NCBI GenBank assembly: GCA_018667355.1
Contig: JABIVC010000016.1
Location: 175,762 to 239,761, forward strand
Source: Gammaproteobacteria bacterium
GTDB lineage: Bacteria > Pseudomonadota > Gammaproteobacteria > GCA-002705445 > GCA-002716945
DNA: 64,000 bases
Reading direction: 5' to 3'
Below, in pieces: positions 18,662 to 27,469 of the stretch. Every line of letters starts with the position of its first letter. The stretch's first letter is position 1. Under the pieces are notes generated by a model that was given only the letters and a program-made list of their open reading frames with translations, was not told where the DNA came from and made no database searches. Made by a program: the position numbers and the translations under genes.

Positions 18662-18978
18662 AGTTTTTTAGGTTGTCTCATACCAGCAATTTTACATGCT
18701 TGCTGACCATATCCATAAGGAAATAATTTATAAATATATTTTCTTGTTGATTTATCAGCACCATATTCATTTTTAAAATATTTTAGCAGATATCTTAGTT
18801 CTGGAACTTTTTGGTGTTCATCAAAATACTTTCGAATATACTTTATAACAATCCAATGATTTTTGCTTAACTCAGTCCTGAATTCTTTGGCAACTGTTTC
18901 TGCATGTTGAATATTCCAATCTGATGGATCTAGTAAGAAACCATCACTATCTTTTGCTGGAATGAATACATTATTCAT
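18646..18978 (-). CDS. DsrC/TusE-family protein retaining only the internal cysteine (CysB-like); C-terminal Cys absent
   Basis: MNNVFIPAKDSDGFLLDPSDWNIQHAETVAK...LFPYGYGQQACKIAGMRQPKKLWLDL aligns with bona fide DsrC (…LFPYGPGKQACKFAGLPKPTGCV), but the terminal GCV is replaced. Start taken at the second Met, since the 19002 start would overlap the Rieske gene by 32 nt. Confidence 0.7.
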   Translation of the reverse strand: MNNVFIPAKDSDGFLLDPSDWNIQHAETVAKEFRTELSKNHWIVIKYIRKYFDEHQKVPELRYLLKYFKNEYGADKSTRKYIYKLFPYGYGQQACKIAGMRQPKKLWLDL

Positions 18979-19276
18979 CAATAAAAATATGACCTTTTTC
19001 AATTAAAGTTTTATATGTTATGATTGGCTCGTCAGCTGGTTCATTTAATGCTTTGCCAGATTTTAAGTCAAAATAACTCCCATGCAATGGACATTTTACC
19101 TTAGTTCCATCAAGACATCCCATAGTCAGTTCTGCATCTTCATGAGTACACATATCAGATGTTACATAAATATTATTATCAATCTTTGCAATTAAATAAT
19201 TTTTAGAATTTATAGTTGCCTGAATCATTTCTCCATTCACTATATCATTTACATGTGCAACTTTAACTTTAGCCAT
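18971..19276 (-). CDS. Rieske [2Fe-2S] ferredoxin (small NirD-like protein)
   Basis: CTHEDAELTMGCLDG...CPLHGSYFD matches the CxH...CxxH Rieske motifs. Confidence 0.8.
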   Translation of the reverse strand: MAKVKVAHVNDIVNGEMIQATINSKNYLIAKIDNNIYVTSDMCTHEDAELTMGCLDGTKVKCPLHGSYFDLKSGKALNEPADEPIITYKTLIEKGHIFIDE

Positions 19277-19277
19277 C

Positions 19278-20393
19278 TTATTTTTTGAACCGTTTTAATG
19301 CGCTACCTGAACTCAGTACTTGGTTAACTTCTTTTGAACATGATTCGATACTATTATTAGTAACATGACTTAGAATTATGGTTGCACCATATAAAATACA
19401 GTCTCTCATAACACCATCAGATCCAGACAATGCATCCATTCCCATTTTTAGTGATTCTTTAGCTAAGTCTATTGGATTTACTTTTGTCTCAATTTTGTCA
19501 ATCGAAATATTTTTTTCAAACGAACTTGGTATTGTGACAGCTCGGACTTCTTGTTTAATATTTAAATCTATTTCTGGATTTATTTCTAATAATTCATTTT
19601 CATCTAGTATATTTTTATAATAATAAGCATTAGCCTTCTGTCTTAATGATGGTATTACGCCACCCTCTGTTCCACGAATAACAATTGAAGAATCAAAGTT
19701 TGCATTTCTAGCCAGCATTAAATAAATTGGAGGATATGGTTTATGCACATACCCTGTTACAAAATGATTTCTTTTTGAAATTAATGGGTTTGCTAAAACC
19801 TCTATAGTTGTAACAACAGGCCTTTTAATTATTTCTGTCCTCAGTTCCATTAGATTATTCAGTTGAGGAGAAAAAACTTTTTGGTCTATATAGCCCCAGC
19901 CTATATTTTTATCTTCTATCCTCTCTATAATTTGTTCATGAGTGGAGTACACATCTAATCCTAATAATTTAAAGATAGCATGATGTGTGCAGCCAAACTT
20001 TGGACCTACAGTCTTAACTCCTTGAGAAATAGATGGAATTCCGAGTTCTGCTAGAACGGGTAATATATATGCAGAAGATGGTATGTTTCTTGTAAAACCA
20101 TCATATGGATCAGCAATGTTCACAAGATTATCAACATTAACATCCATCTTTTTGACTGAATTTATCATAGCATCATGGACACCTAGATTTTCATCATGAG
20201 TCTCTCTTTTCATCCTAAGTGCGATTAAAAATATAGCTGAACGTACGTCGCTAATTTCTCCATTCAATATTGCAGACATGGATGCTTTGGCTTCCTCTCT
20301 GCTGATATTTTTACTAAGATCTGGACCAGTTGCTATTCTTTGAATAACTGATTTCATTAGTTCAGATGAAGTTATATTTTTTTTATCGGACAT
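19278..20393 (-). CDS. TrpD2/YbiB-like protein (glycosyltransferase family 3 fold with degenerate anthranilate-PRT active site)
   Basis: N-terminal helical domain ISREEAKASMSAILNGEISDVRSAIFLIALRMKRET matches the TrpD N-terminal domain. The GTGGD/KHGN catalytic motifs are replaced (ADPYDG...KTVGPKFG). Confidence 0.6.
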   Translation of the reverse strand: MSDKKNITSSELMKSVIQRIATGPDLSKNISREEAKASMSAILNGEISDVRSAIFLIALRMKRETHDENLGVHDAMINSVKKMDVNVDNLVNIADPYDGFTRNIPSSAYILPVLAELGIPSISQGVKTVGPKFGCTHHAIFKLLGLDVYSTHEQIIERIEDKNIGWGYIDQKVFSPQLNNLMELRTEIIKRPVVTTIEVLANPLISKRNHFVTGYVHKPYPPIYLMLARNANFDSSIVIRGTEGGVIPSLRQKANAYYYKNILDENELLEINPEIDLNIKQEVRAVTIPSSFEKNISIDKIETKVNPIDLAKESLKMGMDALSGSDGVMRDCILYGATIILSHVTNNSIESCSKEVNQVLSSGSALKRFKK

Positions 20394-20986
20394 TATTTAA
20401 AAACTATCCAAGTTGTTGCTATATATTTAATATCTTTTTTGAGTGTAACACCGCGATGTTCATGAGTCCAAAAAGGAGGAAACAGAATTAACTTTCCTGC
20501 TTCTGGTTTAATCTTTACATTTTGATGTAAAAATTCTGTTTCACCACCTGGGCCTATAACATCATTCAAGTACCAAATAGCAACCATTTGTCTATCACTA
20601 AATTGATGACTCCCGCTATCAATATGCCAGTGAAAAAATTCCCCTGGCTTTGTTCTCTGTACTGCATAACCAATATCTTTAAATGGTCCTGTAAAAAAAT
20701 CAAATTGCTTTTTTACTCCACTTAATGCCTTAGCTAAACTTGTGAAAAGTAAGTCATCAACATCTTTCCAGTTCTCTTTCCCGCTCACAACCATGTCAGT
20801 AGATTTTTTGATATCTAAATTCTCCTCAAATGTTTGTCCTACTCTTCCTTGATAATGATCTTCCTCAGAATCTTCAAATCTATTGATTATATCTAGACAG
20901 TCCTCACTAGAAATACTATTGGAAAATTCAAAAATAAAACTATTAGGTTTGACCTCTATTAATCTTTTGTCTAGCTGAATATCCAA
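20393..20986 (-). CDS. Fe(II)/2-oxoglutarate-dependent oxygenase (prolyl-4-hydroxylase-like superfamily)
   Basis: HWHIDSG (HxD) and distal FWTHEHRG His form a 2-His-1-carboxylate facial triad pattern. Translationally coupled (ATGA overlap) to the TrpD2-like gene. Confidence 0.6.
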   Translation of the reverse strand: MDIQLDKRLIEVKPNSFIFEFSNSISSEDCLDIINRFEDSEEDHYQGRVGQTFEENLDIKKSTDMVVSGKENWKDVDDLLFTSLAKALSGVKKQFDFFTGPFKDIGYAVQRTKPGEFFHWHIDSGSHQFSDRQMVAIWYLNDVIGPGGETEFLHQNVKIKPEAGKLILFPPFWTHEHRGVTLKKDIKYIATTWIVFK

Positions 20987-21068
20987 TTACTTATCCTGTT
21001 CATTTATATTCTTGGTTGTTGTGTGTATAGTATAAAATATTACTAATATATAATGAAGAAAATTAGTC

Positions 21069-21629
21069 ATGGTAATAAGAATTAAAAGCAATTGGTCCAA
21101 GACCGTTAAACGGGAAAAAACTAGCGAAGATATAGCTAGTGCCTTATCTTATATTGGATGGAAATTATCACTTGATAAAGCGCGTAACCTCCATGGGGAC
21201 GACTTTGATTATTCTTCTGATCATCAGCGCATTACTGTTATCGTAGAATTTATGTCATTTCAGGTACATCTAGCCGATAGACTCTTATATCAGAGTAAAA
21301 AGACAGATGACTATAGAATATCAGTCATGAATAATCTAGGACAACAGTCTGCCAGGATAATGCAAGAAAATTGCGAGGATCTATTTGGCGATGGAAATTA
21401 TAGAGAGGGCTATATCAATACTCTTAATATAAGATCCGGGGAATATTCTCATTATGAATTTACAAAATCATCTGGAAATTATTCTCTTTATCGACATCTA
21501 GCTAAAAAAATACAAGATGCGATGGGATCTAGCCAGACTAATAAATGGGTTATGGACCAGATAGTCGATATAGATGCCGTAGAGATTTGTAAGAAGTTTA
21601 TAGAAGTTTACGAATCTTTAACCAAGTAA
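21069..21629 (+). CDS. Hypothetical protein
   Basis: 186 aa ORF with no motif I recognise. Divergent from the 2OG-oxygenase operon. Confidence 0.4.
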   Translation: MVIRIKSNWSKTVKREKTSEDIASALSYIGWKLSLDKARNLHGDDFDYSSDHQRITVIVEFMSFQVHLADRLLYQSKKTDDYRISVMNNLGQQSARIMQENCEDLFGDGNYREGYINTLNIRSGEYSHYEFTKSSGNYSLYRHLAKKIQDAMGSSQTNKWVMDQIVDIDAVEICKKFIEVYESLTK

Positions 21630-21638
21630 GTTAAACAC

Positions 21639-21833
21639 TTATTTTTTAAAATTTTTTGCGTTATTAATGGTCTTATTCTCGCCATCTTCATAGCCAGCTT
21701 CATAAGCATCACTGAGCCTTTGTTCTTCTATTTTAGGACTATTTTGATAACCTTCTTGCCAGCCTATAATATAATCATCAGACGCATTCATGTCTTCAAG
21801 TTCTGTTACTTTTTTAAAATAATCATTATTCAT
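21639..21833 (-). CDS. Small acidic hypothetical protein (64 aa)
   Basis: Last ORF of a tightly coupled minus-strand operon (ATGA overlap with the upstream 74 aa ORF). Confidence 0.35.
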   Translation of the reverse strand: MNNDYFKKVTELEDMNASDDYIIGWQEGYQNSPKIEEQRLSDAYEAGYEDGENKTINNAKNFKK

Positions 21834-22057
21834 TATGTTCTTATAGACCCCTTTAGTTCATGTGCAATGTCTACCAGACGGTTGGCTAACTTCTCATGCG
21901 TTTCTTTATATTCTTTTACAATGCCCACTGGATTTAAATGGATGTCTTTCTCGGTAACGCCAGTACTTCTCTCAAGCTCCATAAACTCTTTTTGAATTCT
22001 TAATAATGTCGCAATTATAGTTTTTCTTTCTTCTTCTAGTTTTTTAATATCACTCAT
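21833..22057 (-). CDS. Small coiled-coil hypothetical protein (74 aa)
   Basis: Predicted helical/coiled-coil protein (KLEEERKTIIATLLRIQKEFMELER). Its start overlaps the stop of the RspA-like gene. Confidence 0.4.
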   Translation of the reverse strand: MSDIKKLEEERKTIIATLLRIQKEFMELERSTGVTEKDIHLNPVGIVKEYKETHEKLANRLVDIAHELKGSIRT

Positions 22058-22407
22058 TAGTATCCACCTTTTCTCCTACTTTCTGGCAAGCCACCTATTC
22101 TACCAGCTTGTTTACTAGGATTACCAGGAAATAAGTCGAATAATGTTTTAGTATCAATTTTTTCACCCCACAACTTTCCTAAATCTTTGACCATGTTTCT
22201 AGTATTAGGCTGATTTTCTTTGTTATTGATGAACTCGTCTCTTAGGTAGTTAATTACGTCCCAGTGCCTTTCTGTTAGTTCTATTTCCTCTTGTATCGCA
22301 ATAACTTTGGCTATATCTTCATTCCAGTCTTCGAGCTTAACTAGAAAGCCTGTTTCAGATGTTTCGATTAATTGACCATTTACCTCTACTTTCATTGGAA
22401 GCTCCAT
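22057..22407 (-). CDS. DsrC/TusE-family protein lacking both conserved cysteines (RspA-like)
   Basis: MELPMKVEVNGQLIETSETGFLVKLEDWNEDIAK...DLFPGNPSKQAGRIGGLPESRRKGGY is collinear with DsrC, but CysB is Gly and the C-terminal GCV is GGY. Confidence 0.75.
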   Translation of the reverse strand: MELPMKVEVNGQLIETSETGFLVKLEDWNEDIAKVIAIQEEIELTERHWDVINYLRDEFINNKENQPNTRNMVKDLGKLWGEKIDTKTLFDLFPGNPSKQAGRIGGLPESRRKGGY

Positions 22408-22480
22408 CTAATCCTGATTTTTATATATGAAAATTCTAATATACTAGGAGAAATATGTCCATATTGATTTTGACTAATAG

Positions 22481-23149
22481 TTAGTCTTCTTTGAAGTTTG
22501 GGACCGCATCTATTGACTTATGAGGTAACAATATTCCACATCCGTAAATTCTGCCACCTCCAATGCCTAAATCTTGAAGAAGTATAGAGTGTTCTTTAGA
22601 TAAATCAGCAATCATGAGGCTTCTTGTAAATTTATGTTTTCCCATTAAAATTATACTTTTTGTTTTGCCACATATAGCTTTTTTTATATGTATTCCATGC
22701 ACACTCAACTGATTTTTAATTTCTAATAGAAAATTTTCTTCTGTTTGATCAGGATCACAGAGAACAGATCTACAAATCAAATCTTTGACAACAAGGAATG
22801 GTTTCACAATAGATATGCCAATTTTTATATCATTTTTTAAAACATTTAGAGTAGAGCCTTCTATTAGCCGCACCTTATCAATATCAGTTTTAGGAATTCT
22901 TAATATAAGTCTAGTTCTTTTGGATAAAAATATTTGATCTTTTTCAGAGCGAACCCAACCATTCCCAAAATCAGGCCCATGAAGAGTATGAACACCGATA
23001 GATTTGTTTTCTAGCATCCAAGGAGCTAGATTAGTTATAGCATTTGATAATTCTGAAACATGGTCATATGGTAATATCTTACATTCAATTTTAAATGCAA
23101 CATCTGCCATCATAGATTTTTCTTCTACCTTTTCTTCTTCTTCCCACAT
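22481..23149 (-). CDS. Protein with Cas6e(CasE)-like C-terminal glycine-rich loop; putative RAMP/RRM-fold RNA-binding protein, no CRISPR context
   Basis: C-terminus SILLQDLGIGGGRIYGCGILLPHKS closely parallels the E. coli CasE C-terminus ALIDLVQQGIGPAKSMGCGLLSLAPL (G-rich loop GhG-x5-GCG-hL). An N-terminal PYDH motif is a possible catalytic-His region. Acidic N-terminal extension; the true start may be the MMADV Met. Confidence 0.45.
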   Translation of the reverse strand: MWEEEEKVEEKSMMADVAFKIECKILPYDHVSELSNAITNLAPWMLENKSIGVHTLHGPDFGNGWVRSEKDQIFLSKRTRLILRIPKTDIDKVRLIEGSTLNVLKNDIKIGISIVKPFLVVKDLICRSVLCDPDQTEENFLLEIKNQLSVHGIHIKKAICGKTKSIILMGKHKFTRSLMIADLSKEHSILLQDLGIGGGRIYGCGILLPHKSIDAVPNFKED

Positions 23150-23151
23150 AA

Positions 23152-23343
23152 TTATTTAATATAACTACTAAAAGCTGACTCTATTTTATCTTCCCAGTTT
23201 TCTGGTGTATCTGGGAATGGGGGTTTTAAATCAATCCTTATGAAAATTTCACCGTCTTTAGCTCTAATTTTAACTACTTCTAATAGCTCCTTAAAAGTTT
23301 CAATATCTTTTTCGTCTATAAGTAAACTGCTTAAATATAACAT
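23152..23343 (-). CDS. Small hypothetical protein (63 aa)
   Basis: Coupled on both sides, between the TauD-like and Cas6e-like genes. Confidence 0.35.
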   Translation of the reverse strand: MLYLSSLLIDEKDIETFKELLEVVKIRAKDGEIFIRIDLKPPFPDTPENWEDKIESAFSSYIK

Positions 23344-24191
23344 TACACTTCCATTCTCTTTTTAGATCTTAATCTATATAGGAGCCTATTCTTTTTTTCC
23401 AAATTTGTAAACGGTGTACGCATATGGATAACATTATTTGTTATAACGCCCTGCCCCTCTGTGAATTTATGTGTAATGTGGTATTCATCAGAATTATTAA
23501 CAATATTTTTTAGATTACTTGCAGCTTTTTGGGATTTATCATTCCACAATATATTTTTCTCTCTCATAGTGAATTTCATATGTAATTTGCCATTAATGAA
23601 TGAGAATATAGGACTGTCAACAGCCTTTCTCTGAGTGTGTGTATTTTCAGGGATTGTATATGTGTTATGTAACATTAAATCACTAATATTATTATAAGCT
23701 TCATTAAATAATATATATGCTATTTCATGATCCATATATTTATTCATACCACCACTTTCAGATTGTGTTCTACAGAATAAAATCCATGAGAGTATAAGGT
23801 TTTCATTATTATTATAATATCCATCCGTATGCCAATTCAGTTTTTTATTTGTATATGGAATATATTCAGCGTTTGATTGATGTTTACTGTGAATTTTGAT
23901 CTCTGTTAGGCCATCATCATCTGATTTTGAGTCTATCTCATAATTACCAAGTCCAATTTGGGACCCCATGATTTTTATGGCTGCTTTTAAATCCGTGGCT
24001 TCTTTATCTATCTGAAAAAAGACAATATTATGCTGATTTATTATGTTAGACATATATGTTTTTTCAGGTTTGGTAAGGGAGCTGGGATTGTTAATTTCCA
24101 CAATTAAATCATCGATTTTATTGGAAAATCTCTCTAGTTTTTTATCAGCCCAGAGTTTATAATCATTTCTAGGAATCTCAAGTATGTTCAT
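23343..24191 (-). CDS. TauD/TfdA-family Fe(II)/2-oxoglutarate dioxygenase
   Basis: WHTDGYY (HxD of the facial triad, as in TauD WHTD) and C-terminal ...NNVIHMRTPF (distal His and Arg that binds 2OG). First gene of the operon, divergent from dsrA. Confidence 0.6.
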   Translation of the reverse strand: MNILEIPRNDYKLWADKKLERFSNKIDDLIVEINNPSSLTKPEKTYMSNIINQHNIVFFQIDKEATDLKAAIKIMGSQIGLGNYEIDSKSDDDGLTEIKIHSKHQSNAEYIPYTNKKLNWHTDGYYNNNENLILSWILFCRTQSESGGMNKYMDHEIAYILFNEAYNNISDLMLHNTYTIPENTHTQRKAVDSPIFSFINGKLHMKFTMREKNILWNDKSQKAASNLKNIVNNSDEYHITHKFTEGQGVITNNVIHMRTPFTNLEKKNRLLYRLRSKKRMEV

Positions 24192-24322
24192 TGGATTTAA
24201 TGCCTATTTAGTACTTGTAAGTTATTTTAAATAAATGCTATATTGTTTATCCATAGACATATATTAGTAAATAATGATAATATAATAAACATTATATATC
24301 ATAAATAGCGGGGAGCTATACA

Positions 24323-25576
24323 TTGAAAAAGCACGATACACCAATGTTAGATGAACTAGAAAACGGGCCATGGCCTAGTTTTATTAGTGGGATTAAGAGA
24401 CTAAGAGACTCTCATCCTGAAGAAAGAATTAATGAAATGACAAATGACTTATTGGGTCAATTAGAACATTCATATGAGACAAGAAAAGGTTATTGGAAAG
24501 GCGGTACTGTAAGTGTTTATGGTTATGGCGGCGGAATAATACCTCGTTTCTCAGAGGTAGGTGATGCGTTTCCTAAATCTAAAGAATTTCATACACTACG
24601 CGTACAACCTCCTGCTGGGAATTTCTATACAACGGACATACTTAGAAAAATGGCTGATAGCTGGGAAAAATATGGCTCAGGGTTAGTTACTTTTCATGGC
24701 CAAACTGGAAATATTATGTTTATAGGGTCAACTTCTGATGCTACCCAACATTTTTTTGACGAAATCAATGAATATGGTTTTGATTTAGGTGGAGCTGGAC
24801 CATGCGTTAGAACAGCAATGTCATGTGTTGGTGCTGGAAGATGTGAAATGTCCAACATCAATGAACATAAAGCTCATAGGTTGCTAGTAAATAATTTTAT
24901 AGATGATATGCATAGACCTGCATTACCATATAAATTTAAATTCAAGGTTTCTGGATGTGCAAATGATTGTATGAATTCTATTGAAAGAGCAGACATGTCA
25001 ATTATTGGGACATGGAGAGATGACATTAAAATTGACCAAAAAGAATTTAAAGAATATGTTGAATTAAAAGGAAGAAAGCATGTAATAGATAATATTATTA
25101 CAAGGTGCCCAACAAATGCTATTTCTCTAAACGATGATGATACAGTGTCTATAGATAATCAAAATTGCGTAAAATGTATGCATTGCTTAAATGTAGTTCC
25201 AAAAGCTCTTCATCCTGGTGATGATAAGGGAGCTACTGTATTAATGGGTGGTAAAAGAACTCTTAAAATTGGTGACTTAATGGGAACTGTGATTGTCCCA
25301 TTTATGAAACTAGAATCACAAGAAGACTGGGATAGGCTAGTTGAAATTGCTGAGGAATCAATAGATTTCTGGGCAGATAATGCTCTTGAGCATGAAAGAT
25401 GTGGTGAGATGATTGAAAGAATCGGCCTTGTAAACTTTTTAGAAGGCATAGGAATTGATGTAGATCCAAATATGGTTGGAAATCCAAGGGAATCTAGTTA
25501 TTTTAGAGGTGATGGATGGGACGGCGAAGCAGTCAAGTGGTATGAACGCGCAGATGCGGATAAGGATTCTGCTTAA
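24323..25576 (+). CDS. dsrA: Dissimilatory sulfite reductase alpha subunit (reverse/oxidative type)
   Basis: TTG start at 24323 (RBS GGGAG 7 nt upstream) gives MKKHDTPMLDELENGPWPSFISG, collinear with DsrA N-termini. Sirohaem and [4Fe-4S] Cys clusters (CVGAGRC...C) and ferredoxin-like CPTNA...C. Confidence 0.9.
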   Translation: MKKHDTPMLDELENGPWPSFISGIKRLRDSHPEERINEMTNDLLGQLEHSYETRKGYWKGGTVSVYGYGGGIIPRFSEVGDAFPKSKEFHTLRVQPPAGNFYTTDILRKMADSWEKYGSGLVTFHGQTGNIMFIGSTSDATQHFFDEINEYGFDLGGAGPCVRTAMSCVGAGRCEMSNINEHKAHRLLVNNFIDDMHRPALPYKFKFKVSGCANDCMNSIERADMSIIGTWRDDIKIDQKEFKEYVELKGRKHVIDNIITRCPTNAISLNDDDTVSIDNQNCVKCMHCLNVVPKALHPGDDKGATVLMGGKRTLKIGDLMGTVIVPFMKLESQEDWDRLVEIAEESIDFWADNALEHERCGEMIERIGLVNFLEGIGIDVDPNMVGNPRESSYFRGDGWDGEAVKWYERADADKDSA

Positions 25577-25590
25577 AGAGAAATAAAATT

Positions 25591-26679
25591 ATGACAGAAG
25601 TTAAAGAAAAAAAACAACAAAGATCACCAATAGAAACTGGTGCACCAGATGGTTTCCAATATATGCATCCAACAATGCGTAAAAATTTTGGTCAATGGAA
25701 ATGGCATGATCATCCAAGACCGGGAGTCTTGAGGCATGCGGCAAACAGCGGCGACGAGATATGGACAGTTAGAGCTGGAACTCAAAGAATTTTGGATGTA
25801 TTCACTTTACGTACATTATGTGACATTGGTGACAAGTATGCAGATGGTTTTGTGAGATTTACAATAAGAAGTAACATTGAGTATATGGTCAAAGATGCAT
25901 CTAAAGTTGACCCATTGATTGAAGCACTTGAAAAAGAAGGTTTTATTGTAGGTGGTACTAAAAATAGTGTTGCTATGATATCTCATACACAAGGATGGTT
26001 GCATTGTGATATTCCAGGAACAGATGCCTCCGGTGTTGTTAAAGCAATGATGGATGAATTAATAAATGAATTTAAGAACAATGATATGCCTAATAGAGTG
26101 CATATGACTACATCATGTTGCCAAATTAATTGTGGAGGTCAGGGAGACATAGCAATTAACATACAGCATACTAAGCCACCTAAAATAAACCATGATTTAG
26201 TATCAAATGTGTGTGAAAGACCTAGTGTTGTTGCTAGATGTCCTGTAGCAGCAATCAGACCAGCAATGGTAAATGGTAAAGCTTCATTAGAGGTTGATGA
26301 AAAGAAATGTATATGTTGCGGAGCTTGTTTCCCACCATGTCCACCAATGCAAATAAATGATCCAGAGCATAGTAAATTAGCTATATGGGTTGGTGGTAAT
26401 CACTCAAATGCACGTAGTAAGCCAACATTCCAAAAACTAGTGGCAGCTGGAATACCAAATAATCCCCCAAGATGGCCAGAGGCTACTGCAATTGTTAAGA
26501 AAATTCTTAAAAAGTATAAAGAAGATGCTAAAGATTGGGAACGCATCAATGATTGGATTGAGAGAATTGGCTGGCCAAGATTCTTTGAGCTCACTGAATT
26601 ACCATTTACTAAATATCACATTGATAATTGGCGTGGTGGTAGAAAGACCCTAAACTCATCTACCTACATTAGATTTTAA
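25591..26679 (+). CDS. dsrB: Dissimilatory sulfite reductase beta subunit
   Basis: Sulfite reductase beta Cys motifs (TSCCQINCGG, CPVAAIRP, CICCGACFPPCPP). Directly downstream of dsrA. Confidence 0.9.
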   Translation: MTEVKEKKQQRSPIETGAPDGFQYMHPTMRKNFGQWKWHDHPRPGVLRHAANSGDEIWTVRAGTQRILDVFTLRTLCDIGDKYADGFVRFTIRSNIEYMVKDASKVDPLIEALEKEGFIVGGTKNSVAMISHTQGWLHCDIPGTDASGVVKAMMDELINEFKNNDMPNRVHMTTSCCQINCGGQGDIAINIQHTKPPKINHDLVSNVCERPSVVARCPVAAIRPAMVNGKASLEVDEKKCICCGACFPPCPPMQINDPEHSKLAIWVGGNHSNARSKPTFQKLVAAGIPNNPPRWPEATAIVKKILKKYKEDAKDWERINDWIERIGWPRFFELTELPFTKYHIDNWRGGRKTLNSSTYIRF

Positions 26680-26692
26680 ACAAGGACTGTTT

Positions 26693-27085
26693 ATGTTATT
26701 CGGTATACTAGTTAACGAAGGACCTTATCAGCATCAAGCTTCAGATAGCGCATACTTATTTGCAAAAGCAGCCATAGAAGAAGGCCATACTATTTTTCGA
26801 GTTTTTTTTTATCATGATGGAGTCAATAATGGTACTAGACTAGCAACTCCTCCTCAAGATGATAGACACATTCCTAATAGATGGTCAGAGTTAGCTCAAG
26901 AACATGAAATTGATTTAGTTCTATGTGTTGCAGCTGCCCAAAGAAGGGGTATGGTTGACCCAGATGAAATGAAGAGACATAAAAAAGACGCAGATAATAT
27001 TGCAGATAAATTTAGAATATCAGGTCTAGGACAGCTTATAGAAGCTGGCGTGCAAGCAGATCGGCTGATAACTTTTGGTGATTAA
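26693..27085 (+). CDS. dsrE: Sulfurtransferase DsrE
   Basis: 130 aa DsrE/DsrF-like fold, first of the dsrEFH triplet following dsrAB. Contains the conserved Cys in LCVAAAQ. Confidence 0.85.
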   Translation: MLFGILVNEGPYQHQASDSAYLFAKAAIEEGHTIFRVFFYHDGVNNGTRLATPPQDDRHIPNRWSELAQEHEIDLVLCVAAAQRRGMVDPDEMKRHKKDADNIADKFRISGLGQLIEAGVQADRLITFGD

Positions 27086-27469
27086 ATGGAAGATGAATTA
27101 GAAAGTGGTGTTGTAAAAAAATTTCTCTATGTCAATAGAAGAGCTCCACATGGAACAGTCTATGCACATGAAGCGCTTGAGGTTGTTCTAATTGGTGCTG
27201 CGTTTGAGCAAGATGTTAGCTTAGCCTTTATAGATGATGGTGTTTTCCAACTAAAAAAAGAACAAGATACATCTGAAATTTATACAAAAAACTTTTCTAA
27301 GATTTATGCCGCTCTTGAAATGTATGACGTTGAAAAGCTTTACGTAGACAAGGATTCATTAGAGTCTAGAGGTTTAACGGAGAATGATTTATCAGTAGAT
27401 GTTAAAGTTATCGATAGTAAAGAGATGACTAAACTTATAGTAGATAGCGAGGTTATATTTAATTTCTAA
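27086..27469 (+). CDS. dsrF: DsrF
   Basis: 127 aa DsrE/F family protein. Its start abuts the dsrE stop. Confidence 0.8.
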   Translation: MEDELESGVVKKFLYVNRRAPHGTVYAHEALEVVLIGAAFEQDVSLAFIDDGVFQLKKEQDTSEIYTKNFSKIYAALEMYDVEKLYVDKDSLESRGLTENDLSVDVKVIDSKEMTKLIVDSEVIFNF

